Positions 17,044 through 26,037 of a stretch of DNA of 64,000 nucleotides are shown here, in pieces. The notes beneath the pieces were generated by a model, which made no database searches, was not told where the DNA came from, and saw only the letters and a list, made by a program, of their open reading frames with translations. Position 1 is the first letter of the stretch; each line of letters begins with the position of its first letter. Both the position numbers and the translations under genes were made by a program. This stretch comes from a virus, in IMG/VR virus record IMGVR_UViG_3300027969_002881, positions 32,001-96,000 of that record, one strand, 5' to 3'.

Positions 17044-17753
17044 AATTCTTTCATTTTTTCCATATCATAATATAAATTAGGATCTTCATCCGGACAAGGA
17101 TTAAAATCACTTCTATTTATTTTAAATTCTTCTCCATTGATGATTCTGGTTAATAACTTAGCAAACACCAAATTATTTTCATCAGTGATGTGATTTTGTA
17201 ATCTAAGTCTTTCTAAATACATACGATTATCTGGAATACCAAAATGCTTTCTTTCTTCAACGTTTACGTAATCAAGAAAGAATTCTAATCCGCTATACTT
17301 CATAATTTCTATGTTCTTAGATTCACCTAATGACGGTAACATAATTAATTTTTTATCATTTTCAATTGATAATTTAACAATTTTTTCTATTAACGCTATA
17401 TGAACAAAATTGTCGAATTTAGAATCTTGTAAATGCAAATAATATTGTATCGCCGCTTTAAATAATTCTTGTTCTTTATGCTGATACGGCTCGCAAGTTT
17501 TCAATCTATATTCTACCGAAGAGAGATTTGGAATTGCTTCTTCGTGGTATAGTCTACCTGGGGCAGTGACTAAAAATACTATAATATCAAAGTTCTTATA
17601 ATTTTCTATAAATTTTAAATAAGAATAAAATAAACTTGTTCCTCTTCTGGCAAAATTTTCAACTTGACATCTGTTCATTGTAGATAGCAATGAACCCCAA
17701 CTTGTTAGACCAGTGCTGGCGGCATAGCTATCACCAAATATTGCTATTTTCAT
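17040..17753 (-). CDS. SGNH/GDSL-like protein 1
   Basis: IAIFGDSY, NFARRGTS, C-terminal NH. Confidence 0.6.
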   Translation of the reverse strand: MKIAIFGDSYAASTGLTSWGSLLSTMNRCQVENFARRGTSLFYSYLKFIENYKNFDIIVFLVTAPGRLYHEEAIPNLSSVEYRLKTCEPYQHKEQELFKAAIQYYLHLQDSKFDNFVHIALIEKIVKLSIENDKKLIMLPSLGESKNIEIMKYSGLEFFLDYVNVEERKHFGIPDNRMYLERLRLQNHITDENNLVFAKLLTRIINGEEFKINRSDFNPCPDEDPNLYYDMEKMKEL

Positions 17754-19063
17754 TTAAACAATCTTGTATATTCAGGTACAATGTCTAGTATGCTATGCCC
17801 ACGTGCATGATCTAGGTAGTTGGTAAACTTAACAAACTCTGGAAGTTTATCGCTAAAGTCTGCACCCAACATGTATTTTGTAATACTGTTTAAAATATTT
17901 TCTGCGTTCTTAGCAATATCTTCTGGATATTCTGCGTTGAACTCAGTGATACATTTAGCATAGTATTCAACAATCTGTTGTTTCATATCAGCAGGTAATA
18001 CACGCACATTAACACGCTTTGGGCCGTGAGCTACATGATGTGTAATGATGGGACGCTTCTTTGTGCTGTTAATCTTAGTAAATCCGCTACTGTTTAACTT
18101 CCACTTCATAAAACGTGGTATGTGCCAAATATTATATGCTGTTACTGTACAAGCCAACCAAGCAAGTATGTTTGGATTCTTTTCTGCGTATTCATCTAAC
18201 TTTTGTAAATTCTTGTATGCTTGATTCCACTTTAATGGCCAACGCTGATATTCAACTGTTTCGCCCATGCCATCCATACTGGCACCAACACGAACTTGCT
18301 TAAACTGTGTCCACATATCTAATACACGGTTGGGCAAGTTACTCATATTGGTATTGTATTCAATAATCATCTTCTTACTATGACCTGCATCAATACATTT
18401 TTGTAGAAACTCGTAGTGACGTTCGATCATCATAGGCTCACCGCCTGCCATATAAACGTGCTTGATGTTTGGAATGTTTGCTTCTATCTGTGTCCAGAAA
18501 CTTTCACTGTTATGCCAGTCATAGTCTGTAGTAGACAATCTACCATTATCATTACGAGCTAATTTAACTGTTCCATGCGTATCTTTGTATTCATCACTGC
18601 CATGATATTCAGTCCATTGCTCGTACCAAGTATGACTATCAGTAGGGCCACACATGCGGCAAGCAAGATTACATAAGTTACCAAAACGCAGATCGTAGTA
18701 TTCTAAGTTTCTGTCTTTGATACTACCATCTTCTTCTGTGATATAACGAGCATCATCGATGTTAAACTTCCAGTTTTCTAATTCATATTGTCTGCGACTA
18801 TTAAGACCACTAGCTTCTTCTTGTTGACAACGTCCGCACTCTTGACTCCACTCACCTACTAACATGTTCTTGCGAACTTCTTTCATTAGTGTAGCATTAC
18901 GGGCAGTTTCCATATTGTCTCTACCAGCATTATACGGAGTTCCATCTTCGTGTCTAACAACACCTTGGTTATCCGTTACATTGGCTTGACAACAAACTCG
19001 AATGTCTCCATTATTGCGAACAGCCTGGAAGTTCCAAGGTATCGGGCAAAATGTATTACTCAT
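17750..19063 (-). CDS. radical SAM protein 1 (N-terminal Twitch/SPASM-like Cys motifs)
   Basis: CNLACRMC, GGEP; FCPIPW...RVCC...CGRC. Confidence 0.92.
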   Translation of the reverse strand: MSNTFCPIPWNFQAVRNNGDIRVCCQANVTDNQGVVRHEDGTPYNAGRDNMETARNATLMKEVRKNMLVGEWSQECGRCQQEEASGLNSRRQYELENWKFNIDDARYITEEDGSIKDRNLEYYDLRFGNLCNLACRMCGPTDSHTWYEQWTEYHGSDEYKDTHGTVKLARNDNGRLSTTDYDWHNSESFWTQIEANIPNIKHVYMAGGEPMMIERHYEFLQKCIDAGHSKKMIIEYNTNMSNLPNRVLDMWTQFKQVRVGASMDGMGETVEYQRWPLKWNQAYKNLQKLDEYAEKNPNILAWLACTVTAYNIWHIPRFMKWKLNSSGFTKINSTKKRPIITHHVAHGPKRVNVRVLPADMKQQIVEYYAKCITEFNAEYPEDIAKNAENILNSITKYMLGADFSDKLPEFVKFTNYLDHARGHSILDIVPEYTRLFK

Positions 19064-20444
19064 TGATTCTTCCTTTATATTCTATTATATCCTCGAATTG
19101 TTTCCATAAGTCAGGTAAGTCTGTTCTAATATCTTGTCTTCTAATCTTGTCAAGATCCACCGTGTATTGTATAAAAATCGTTATTTGTTCGCTGTTGCAT
19201 TCTTCGTTAATTGAACCAATTACTTTATTATACATAGTATTTAAATCTAATTCAGCTTCATGAATATCTTTTTCGTCAATTACATTTGATTTTAACTCTT
19301 CTAGTAAATTATTTTTATGCGCTAATAATTTTTCTATATGAACTTTTTTAGAAAACAATGGAAATATTAAAGATGGCTTTAAAAACTTAGGATCGTGTAC
19401 AATATTAACCATATAATTTTTACTATCCCACCATGGCTTACCTCTAAATTCTTGTTGTAAACCAAACCACCAATCAATCATAATATGAAAATGCCAAACA
19501 TTATATATACTAACGCATGGAACCCATTTTACTATATATTTTCTTGTTAAAAACGGTCCTTCTCCATTTGCTTCATAATACTTTCCTGTATATTGTTTTT
19601 CTAACTTTAACCATTCACAAACAGACTCATTGACAGTAGACCATTCACTGGGATAACGTATATAGTCATTTACTTTACCTACACCGTCGACACTTAAATT
19701 AATATAAACTTTAAAAAATTGATCTAAACGTGTTAGAACTTTTTCTTTCGGAACCCAACTTGCATTAGTAAAAATGTCTAACGTTATTTGATCAGCCCTG
19801 CCTGACTGTATTAGAATATCTAAGATTTTAATAAAATTTGGATGTAGCATGGGCTCGCCGCCTGTGAACTTAATTTCTTCAATGCTAGAAAAATCTTCTA
19901 TATTCCATTCTTTTTCTATATTATTAATTTTAGTTACTTTTCGTTCTTTGTAATAATTACTTAAAATAGCATCATCATCTTCCCAAGTAGTGCTCAAATC
20001 AGAGCCACATGTTCTGCATTTTAAATTACAATAATTACCCATGGTAATTTCTAAATATCTAATTTCTATAGAATTATCTTCTGGAGATGTTAAATTTTTA
20101 TTGTTACGAGTCCAGTTTTCTTTTTCTCTAAGACTTTTAATTCTCCTACGAGGATTTTTGTAGTTGTTGTTAAATGCAAATTCTTCTTCTTGATAACATT
20201 TTCTGCATCCAGGAACTTTTTTATCCTTTAACATTGTTTCTCGAATTTCTTGCCATTCAGATGAGCCTAATGCAAAAGTAAATGAAGTATTTTCATCGTT
20301 AATATTAAATTTGTCAAATTTATAAGTTTTATCAGGTAATTGATAATCTACATGTTTGGTATCAAATCTGCAACAAGGTTTTATTTGTCCGTTGGGTTTA
20401 GTTTGTGCGTGTATCCATGGCAGGACACAAAAAGTTTTACTCAT
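19056..20444 (-). CDS. radical SAM protein 2
   Basis: CNLKCRTC, FTGGEP, LSVDG; start reassigned to MSKTFCVLPW at 20444. Confidence 0.92.
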   Translation of the reverse strand: MSKTFCVLPWIHAQTKPNGQIKPCCRFDTKHVDYQLPDKTYKFDKFNINDENTSFTFALGSSEWQEIRETMLKDKKVPGCRKCYQEEEFAFNNNYKNPRRRIKSLREKENWTRNNKNLTSPEDNSIEIRYLEITMGNYCNLKCRTCGSDLSTTWEDDDAILSNYYKERKVTKINNIEKEWNIEDFSSIEEIKFTGGEPMLHPNFIKILDILIQSGRADQITLDIFTNASWVPKEKVLTRLDQFFKVYINLSVDGVGKVNDYIRYPSEWSTVNESVCEWLKLEKQYTGKYYEANGEGPFLTRKYIVKWVPCVSIYNVWHFHIMIDWWFGLQQEFRGKPWWDSKNYMVNIVHDPKFLKPSLIFPLFSKKVHIEKLLAHKNNLLEELKSNVIDEKDIHEAELDLNTMYNKVIGSINEECNSEQITIFIQYTVDLDKIRRQDIRTDLPDLWKQFEDIIEYKGRINE

Positions 20445-21603
20445 AACTCTTGTCCCCAGGGAACAATGGCAACTTGGTGCCTGGCGCACGTTTTGGTATC
20501 TTACTGTCGGCACTACTCACACAACTTGTTCCACCGCAGGGCATAGGCTTGTCGTACAACTTAAAGCCTGTTTCAATATGCCCTAATGGCACTTCGCTAC
20601 AGCTATAACTACGCTTTACGGTGCCATCTGGCTCACGAATAATAATACTGCGATAGCCACTGCTACATTCCCAGCCGTGAAAGTTGTTAAAGTTAAACGC
20701 ATTAAAACGTTCTGCTTGGTCCATGAACCAGGGATTGCCATCTTTATCTACAAATTCAATTTGATAATGCGGATCAATATCCACTTGTTTCTTACGCTGA
20801 GTATCTGCTTTGTCAATCATAAATGTTGGCTTTGGGCGTTTGACTAGTCCAGACTTTAATGCCTTTTCTTCTGTGTAAGCACGTTGTGGCATACCATTGT
20901 GTAACTTAGCCAACATCTCAGGTGTATACCCATCTACTACTCTGCTTGCGGTTGGATCGCTTTGTGGCTTGAGTGTTACGTTAATACCTCGGTTATGAAA
21001 GTATAAACTTAGATCATATATCTCATTAAACTGCTCCGGAACCATGACCATGTTGATAGTTATCTGTGTGTCGTATTCTTGGCATAAGACTAGTTTGTCA
21101 GCAAACTCTTCTACCTTCTTATCTGTATCAACGTGTTCACGATGGCAACTTGCTGTGATGCTAGCACGGTGGAAGTTCTTAACTGCTGGAACATATTGTT
21201 CTTCAAACCATTTAAGAGGGCGACTCATATTACTGGTCATGTGTACGCTGGTATAGTTTGTATTGGCAGCATCATCATTTAAATGATTAAGGATATCAAT
21301 GTAAGCAGGATGGAATGTAGGCTCGCCGCCACTTAGACTAAAGTGGAAACTATTAAATCCGTTTTCTCTTGATTGACGTTTAATCTCATCTACTGTGTGT
21401 AGCATTAGTGGAGTAGGACGATGATCCTTTGTATCACTGCGAGCATAGGGCCAGCAATAGCTACAACGATAGTTACAGTAGCGTCCTAAGAGCCAAGATA
21501 CAGTAAACATATCGCGGTATAGCATTGTTCTCTGTCCAACTCTAACTAAGTCACTGTAAGGTATCTTAGTAAAGTCGTATTCACTGGTTTTTAAATCACT
21601 CAT
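20437..21603 (-). CDS. radical SAM protein 3 (C-terminal SPASM/Twitch-like)
   Basis: CNYRCSYC, LSGGEPT, WECSSG...CVSSAD. Confidence 0.92.
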   Translation of the reverse strand: MSDLKTSEYDFTKIPYSDLVRVGQRTMLYRDMFTVSWLLGRYCNYRCSYCWPYARSDTKDHRPTPLMLHTVDEIKRQSRENGFNSFHFSLSGGEPTFHPAYIDILNHLNDDAANTNYTSVHMTSNMSRPLKWFEEQYVPAVKNFHRASITASCHREHVDTDKKVEEFADKLVLCQEYDTQITINMVMVPEQFNEIYDLSLYFHNRGINVTLKPQSDPTASRVVDGYTPEMLAKLHNGMPQRAYTEEKALKSGLVKRPKPTFMIDKADTQRKKQVDIDPHYQIEFVDKDGNPWFMDQAERFNAFNFNNFHGWECSSGYRSIIIREPDGTVKRSYSCSEVPLGHIETGFKLYDKPMPCGGTSCVSSADSKIPKRAPGTKLPLFPGDKSYE

Positions 21604-21829
21604 TTTGTTCGTATATAAATTTTATTTCTTTACCTGGTCCGACTTCACTGGGCAAGCCGCCATATTCTTTTACATACCAAGTTATAGCAGCCTTGTACCA
21701 TCCGGTACTATCGTGTCTGCTTTCCTTGTTAAACTTGTATATGTTATCGTTAGTAGCTTCCATACTACTGATAATTCTGGCAGCTTCTAATTGTAGCATT
21801 CTTAAAGGCATATTGTCAATATCAATCAT
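21596..21829 (-). CDS. hypothetical protein (77 aa)
   Basis: coupled ORF between radical SAM genes. Confidence 0.75.
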   Translation of the reverse strand: MIDIDNMPLRMLQLEAARIISSMEATNDNIYKFNKESRHDSTGWYKAAITWYVKEYGGLPSEVGPGKEIKFIYEQNE

Positions 21830-23031
21830 AGGTCTAAATTATTCATCAATCTAATTAATTTGTCAGTTTTCTTTACTGCTTGTTTACGCACCAAAAAATC
21901 TTCGGCTATTTGTTTGTAATCAGGATTATATGCTGCCGCTAGTCGTTGCTTCATTGTGTCGATGAATGTTATAAAATTCTCTTTGAAAACATGTTTGGTA
22001 TTACCTGCTTCTTTTAGTATAGCCTGTTCTGCCAGTTCTATATATTTAATATATTCTATCGGCAAATGTGAGATATCCATTTCATCTGGCCAACTGACAA
22101 AGTTACCGTACCATGTGAATTCTTTTTCTGGAGCATATAATTTGAATTGTTCGTAGACCCATGTAATATACAAGTGAAAACTTTTCAAATTAAAAATATT
22201 AATAGTGGGGCTCATTACAATTAATTCAGTTTTGGGATGTTGAATATATCTTTTAAAGTTTTCTCCGAAACGTTGCCAATCTAAACCATGGCGAAGACCT
22301 TCAGCATCTTCGCCAAACGCTTCATTACTAACTCCGATACCCCATGTTAGTTTACTGGTATCCATTCTAGTAATAACTTTGTCCATTAAGAATTTTTTAC
22401 TATTAGCATTAGTACATATTTCAAGTCTAATCTTTTTATCAGTTAATTTAGCTACATCTTCAATGTAATCTACCAACTCATAGAAACGTTCACTGGCTGT
22501 GGGTTCGCCACCTAAAAAGATAAAAATCAATTGAGTAGCAGTGACATCTTCTCGTAATATATAATTTTTAATCCAAGACTTGAAAATAATATAATCATCT
22601 TCTTTTGTAGAATCCCTAACAGGCAATCCTTCCTCTTGAGCAATTTTACTACTGCTATTTGGACTACAATATAGGCAAGCCAAATCACATGTACTATCTG
22701 TTTTAATTTCTATATAATGAACAAACTTATCATCGTCATTGACTTTGATTTGATTGTCTTTGAGAAAAATATTATCCCATCTATTGGCCCAATCTCTGTA
22801 TGCCGAGTTTCCTTTAGTATAGTCATCCCAACATGCATTACAATCACTGTGCGCGATGTTCTCCAAGCTTTGCTGCCTGCGCTCTTTAATTACATCACTT
22901 AGACTAATAAATTGTTCTGTTAATTTTTCTGGAAAACTATGTCCTTTTGCTTTACAGCAATGGCGTAGAGTTCTTGATTCGAAATCAATGTTTATATCAG
23001 TCCAGCTTTTGGAGCAGTAAGTTGTATTCAT
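21826..23031 (-). CDS. radical SAM protein 4
   Basis: CDLACLYC, LGGEPT; N-terminal YC...HCCK...CNAC. Confidence 0.9.
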   Translation of the reverse strand: MNTTYCSKSWTDINIDFESRTLRHCCKAKGHSFPEKLTEQFISLSDVIKERRQQSLENIAHSDCNACWDDYTKGNSAYRDWANRWDNIFLKDNQIKVNDDDKFVHYIEIKTDSTCDLACLYCSPNSSSKIAQEEGLPVRDSTKEDDYIIFKSWIKNYILREDVTATQLIFIFLGGEPTASERFYELVDYIEDVAKLTDKKIRLEICTNANSKKFLMDKVITRMDTSKLTWGIGVSNEAFGEDAEGLRHGLDWQRFGENFKRYIQHPKTELIVMSPTINIFNLKSFHLYITWVYEQFKLYAPEKEFTWYGNFVSWPDEMDISHLPIEYIKYIELAEQAILKEAGNTKHVFKENFITFIDTMKQRLAAAYNPDYKQIAEDFLVRKQAVKKTDKLIRLMNNLDL

Positions 23032-23034
23032 ATG

Positions 23035-23778
23035 TTATATGTTAACTATCATTGTTTCTTGTTTTTTATTAATAAAGAAACTTTCTTCTCTACCACTGCG
23101 TTTATAATGAGTCTCACCGTCTAAATATTCTTCTTCTATAGACGAATCTATACCAGCATATATATCTAGAATCTTTTGTTCCTTGGGTCCGATACAAACA
23201 GCAACGATTGCTTCAATTGGCTGTGATTTAAAATCGCTGCCAAACTCTTTGGCCAATAAGCTAGTAAATCTATCATTAAATAAAACATCTTCCATACCAC
23301 AGGCAACAAATGCTGTTCCGTATCCCAAATCTTCCGCTGTTAGTTGTGCGTATGTTGCGCTAATCATTGCGTCACGAACTGAGCCTTTGACCATGACATA
23401 ACGATCAGCTTCACTTTTGACTTCACTATAAACTCTGTCGTATACTTCTGTGCCATTGTTTTCTTTAATATCAACCATTTGATGCTCGGGGGCTGGATTA
23501 GTTACGTAAAGTAAAACTAAAGGTGCTTTGGTTTGTAACAGATAAACTTGTTGTCCTTTATCACCTTCACATGAAGTAATGTGATCACACAATTCTAATT
23601 TTAGTTGTTTACCCAAATCTGATTCCGTTAATGCAAAAACTTTGTAACCATAAATTTTGTTTTTACTAGGAGCACGTCTGGCGCTATCCAAAATTGTTTG
23701 TATATCATTTTCATCTATACTATTTTTCATTAAACGAGTAGTATGTCTCGCCTTGATTAATTTATTAACTGTTGACAT
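23035..23778 (-). CDS. nitroreductase family flavoprotein
   Basis: LIKARHTTR, ARRAPSKN, AEDLGYGT motifs. Confidence 0.8.
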   Translation of the reverse strand: MSTVNKLIKARHTTRLMKNSIDENDIQTILDSARRAPSKNKIYGYKVFALTESDLGKQLKLELCDHITSCEGDKGQQVYLLQTKAPLVLLYVTNPAPEHQMVDIKENNGTEVYDRVYSEVKSEADRYVMVKGSVRDAMISATYAQLTAEDLGYGTAFVACGMEDVLFNDRFTSLLAKEFGSDFKSQPIEAIVAVCIGPKEQKILDIYAGIDSSIEEEYLDGETHYKRSGREESFFINKKQETMIVNI

Positions 23779-23805
23779 TGTGGATCCTTAAATATTAAAT
23801 GCTCT

Positions 23806-23817
23806 GATAAATATTTA
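23806..23817. promoter_or_regulatory. overlapping divergent late-promoter-like site (palindrome TAAATATTTA)
   Basis: GATAAATA on + and CTAAATA on - within the only divergent intergenic gap. Confidence 0.5.
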
Positions 23818-23839
23818 GTAAATATAACCTGGATAAATT

Positions 23840-24577
23840 ATGACCGAGCACCTAAATGACTATGGTATCAGTAATGAACCTATAGATAGCTTTTCAAAAA
23901 GAAATAGCTACCCTGCATCTTGCAAATACCCTCAGAATTTAGAAATACCTAGAGATGTCAATATGAATTCTACCATTCCATTTTTACCAATCGACGACTG
24001 GAAAGACACTGAAGATTGGACAGAAATGCATAGAGAAGCGAAGGCATTAGAAAAGCATTTTGTTCCTCACAGACATCATGAAAGTCACAGCGGATGGAGC
24101 AGTTTGTGTATACACGGTATCACTAGTGTTCACACTGAAAGCCCGCATACATATGGATACACCGACGACAATTGCCCCTGGAGATGGACCGATGTCGCTG
24201 ATGTATGTCCGACTATTACTAAATTTTTTAAAGATAAATTTGACTATAACAAGTATTTTAGAGTTAGAATTATGAAACTTGCACCCGGGGGATATATAAT
24301 TCCACATCGCGATACGTTGGATATTAATCAAAGCCATATTGGTCCTGTTAATCTAGCATTAAATCACCCCGAAAATTGCAAGTTTTACATGGATGATATT
24401 GGTATGTTGCCATGGACAGCCGGGCGAGCTATCAAATTAAACTTATACAATGTTCATGCTGTAGTTAATCACAGTAATGAGGATAGGTATCATATCATTG
24501 TTCACGGTCATATGGGCCCCAGTTGGAATGACCGTATATATCAAAATTATTTAAATTGGAAAACTGTATATGCGTAA
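23840..24577 (+). CDS. aspartyl/asparaginyl beta-hydroxylase family 2OG-Fe(II) oxygenase
   Basis: RVRIMKLAPGGYIIPHRD, NVHAVVNHSNEDRYHIIVHG. Confidence 0.85.
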   Translation: MTEHLNDYGISNEPIDSFSKRNSYPASCKYPQNLEIPRDVNMNSTIPFLPIDDWKDTEDWTEMHREAKALEKHFVPHRHHESHSGWSSLCIHGITSVHTESPHTYGYTDDNCPWRWTDVADVCPTITKFFKDKFDYNKYFRVRIMKLAPGGYIIPHRDTLDINQSHIGPVNLALNHPENCKFYMDDIGMLPWTAGRAIKLNLYNVHAVVNHSNEDRYHIIVHGHMGPSWNDRIYQNYLNWKTVYA

Positions 24578-26036
24578 GACTTATGTAAATGCTCTTGTAT
24601 TTGACAAGAGCGGGATCGGCGTTGATGAAGTTGTAAGGGATAGCCTACGAACATTTTATAAAAGAAATTTGTATATTGATAAAATCGAAGGAAATCCTTT
24701 AGACAGTATTATAGAAGACACTGAAGATAAATGTTTAGAAAGAGCATCAGAATCAAATTTTGATTATCTAATTTTAACATGGGAAGGTAATATAATTGAT
24801 ATACATGCCTATCATGATGAGTGTATCAACTATATAGATACGTCGGGCGGTGACTGGTTAGTTGCTGGCCATATTATGGATCAATATCAAAATAGACTAT
24901 TGCATAATGATCCAAAGGCCGCAGAATGGGCTGACAGCTTTTGGTTGTTTCCTATTACTGCTATTGTAAATGTCAAAATGTGGGAGAAATTAGGAAAACC
25001 AAAATGGGGAGAGGCCATGGGAATTCAAACTGTTACTAAAGGAATTCCAGACGAAAGCTGCGTTCATGATAATTATACTCCTCTGTCATTGACTTTTAGC
25101 GATCATACAGTTTCCGCCAACACTAAAAAAGGCTGGAATATTATCAATACATCATTGTCCAATGGCATAAAAGTAATTAACTTAAACAACGGCATACGAA
25201 CCAGTCAAACTTATTTGTATCCTGAAAACGATGTAGATAGATACAACAAATATTGGCAATCATTGTACATGATGCCAAAGCTAACAGATCAATATAAAAA
25301 AGTTTTAGAAAAGATCTTACCCAGCAAATATCCTAGACGAATCAATGACATAACATGGCAATGTTTCATTCGCAATACAGAAAATTATTTTCCCGAAGAA
25401 ATAAATTATCCTGTTAACATTAATTGGGAAGAAATAGATACTATTGCATTGCCTTCCAGCGGATTTAAAGACTTTATCGTCAGCATGAGTAAAAATTCTG
25501 CTCGTAAAACAGTAGATGTAGTACATTTTGATATCATTAAACAATGTACAGAAATTCGTAGAAAAATAATAGAACGTTGGGATGGATCTAGAGAAACATT
25601 TTCTGACACATTATTAGGTATCGGCAAGGAATATAGAAACGACCCGTTACATGCTTTCCACATGAATTCAATGAAGGATATTATTGAAGCATATGAACAC
25701 TTATTACCGTTTTTTAACAGCGAAGAAGATTTAAAAGAATGCTGGCAAAAATTTAAATCATTTAAACATAGCTATATAGAAGCAGACTTATTGGACGATC
25801 CATGGCCAGCTATTAAATTAATCAACAATAAAAGACTTTATATTTGTTTAAGTGATATTGCAGGTTGGAGAAATAATATCATTGGTTATGGATATAAAAA
25901 CTTACGCAATGAGATTTCAGGCTGTATAGAGAAGTTACAGAATAAAGGTATCACTGGATATATAGATTATAAAGATCCAGGAACAGACTTACAAATGTGG
26001 CAAACATTCGAAGATGCTATCACGCATTTAAAATAA
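24570..26036 (+). CDS. hypothetical two-domain protein (488 aa)
   Basis: ORF; C-terminal half resembles N-terminus of next gene. Confidence 0.8.
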   Translation: MRKTYVNALVFDKSGIGVDEVVRDSLRTFYKRNLYIDKIEGNPLDSIIEDTEDKCLERASESNFDYLILTWEGNIIDIHAYHDECINYIDTSGGDWLVAGHIMDQYQNRLLHNDPKAAEWADSFWLFPITAIVNVKMWEKLGKPKWGEAMGIQTVTKGIPDESCVHDNYTPLSLTFSDHTVSANTKKGWNIINTSLSNGIKVINLNNGIRTSQTYLYPENDVDRYNKYWQSLYMMPKLTDQYKKVLEKILPSKYPRRINDITWQCFIRNTENYFPEEINYPVNINWEEIDTIALPSSGFKDFIVSMSKNSARKTVDVVHFDIIKQCTEIRRKIIERWDGSRETFSDTLLGIGKEYRNDPLHAFHMNSMKDIIEAYEHLLPFFNSEEDLKECWQKFKSFKHSYIEADLLDDPWPAIKLINNKRLYICLSDIAGWRNNIIGYGYKNLRNEISGCIEKLQNKGITGYIDYKDPGTDLQMWQTFEDAITHLK

Positions 26037-26037
26037 A

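Noticed and set aside
21596-21829. 77-aa, 47-aa (46124..46267) and 36-aa (11408..11518) ORFs as RiPP precursors for the radical SAMs
   Set aside because: No leader/core organisation, repeated cores or RRE partner visible; cannot be excluded but is unsupported
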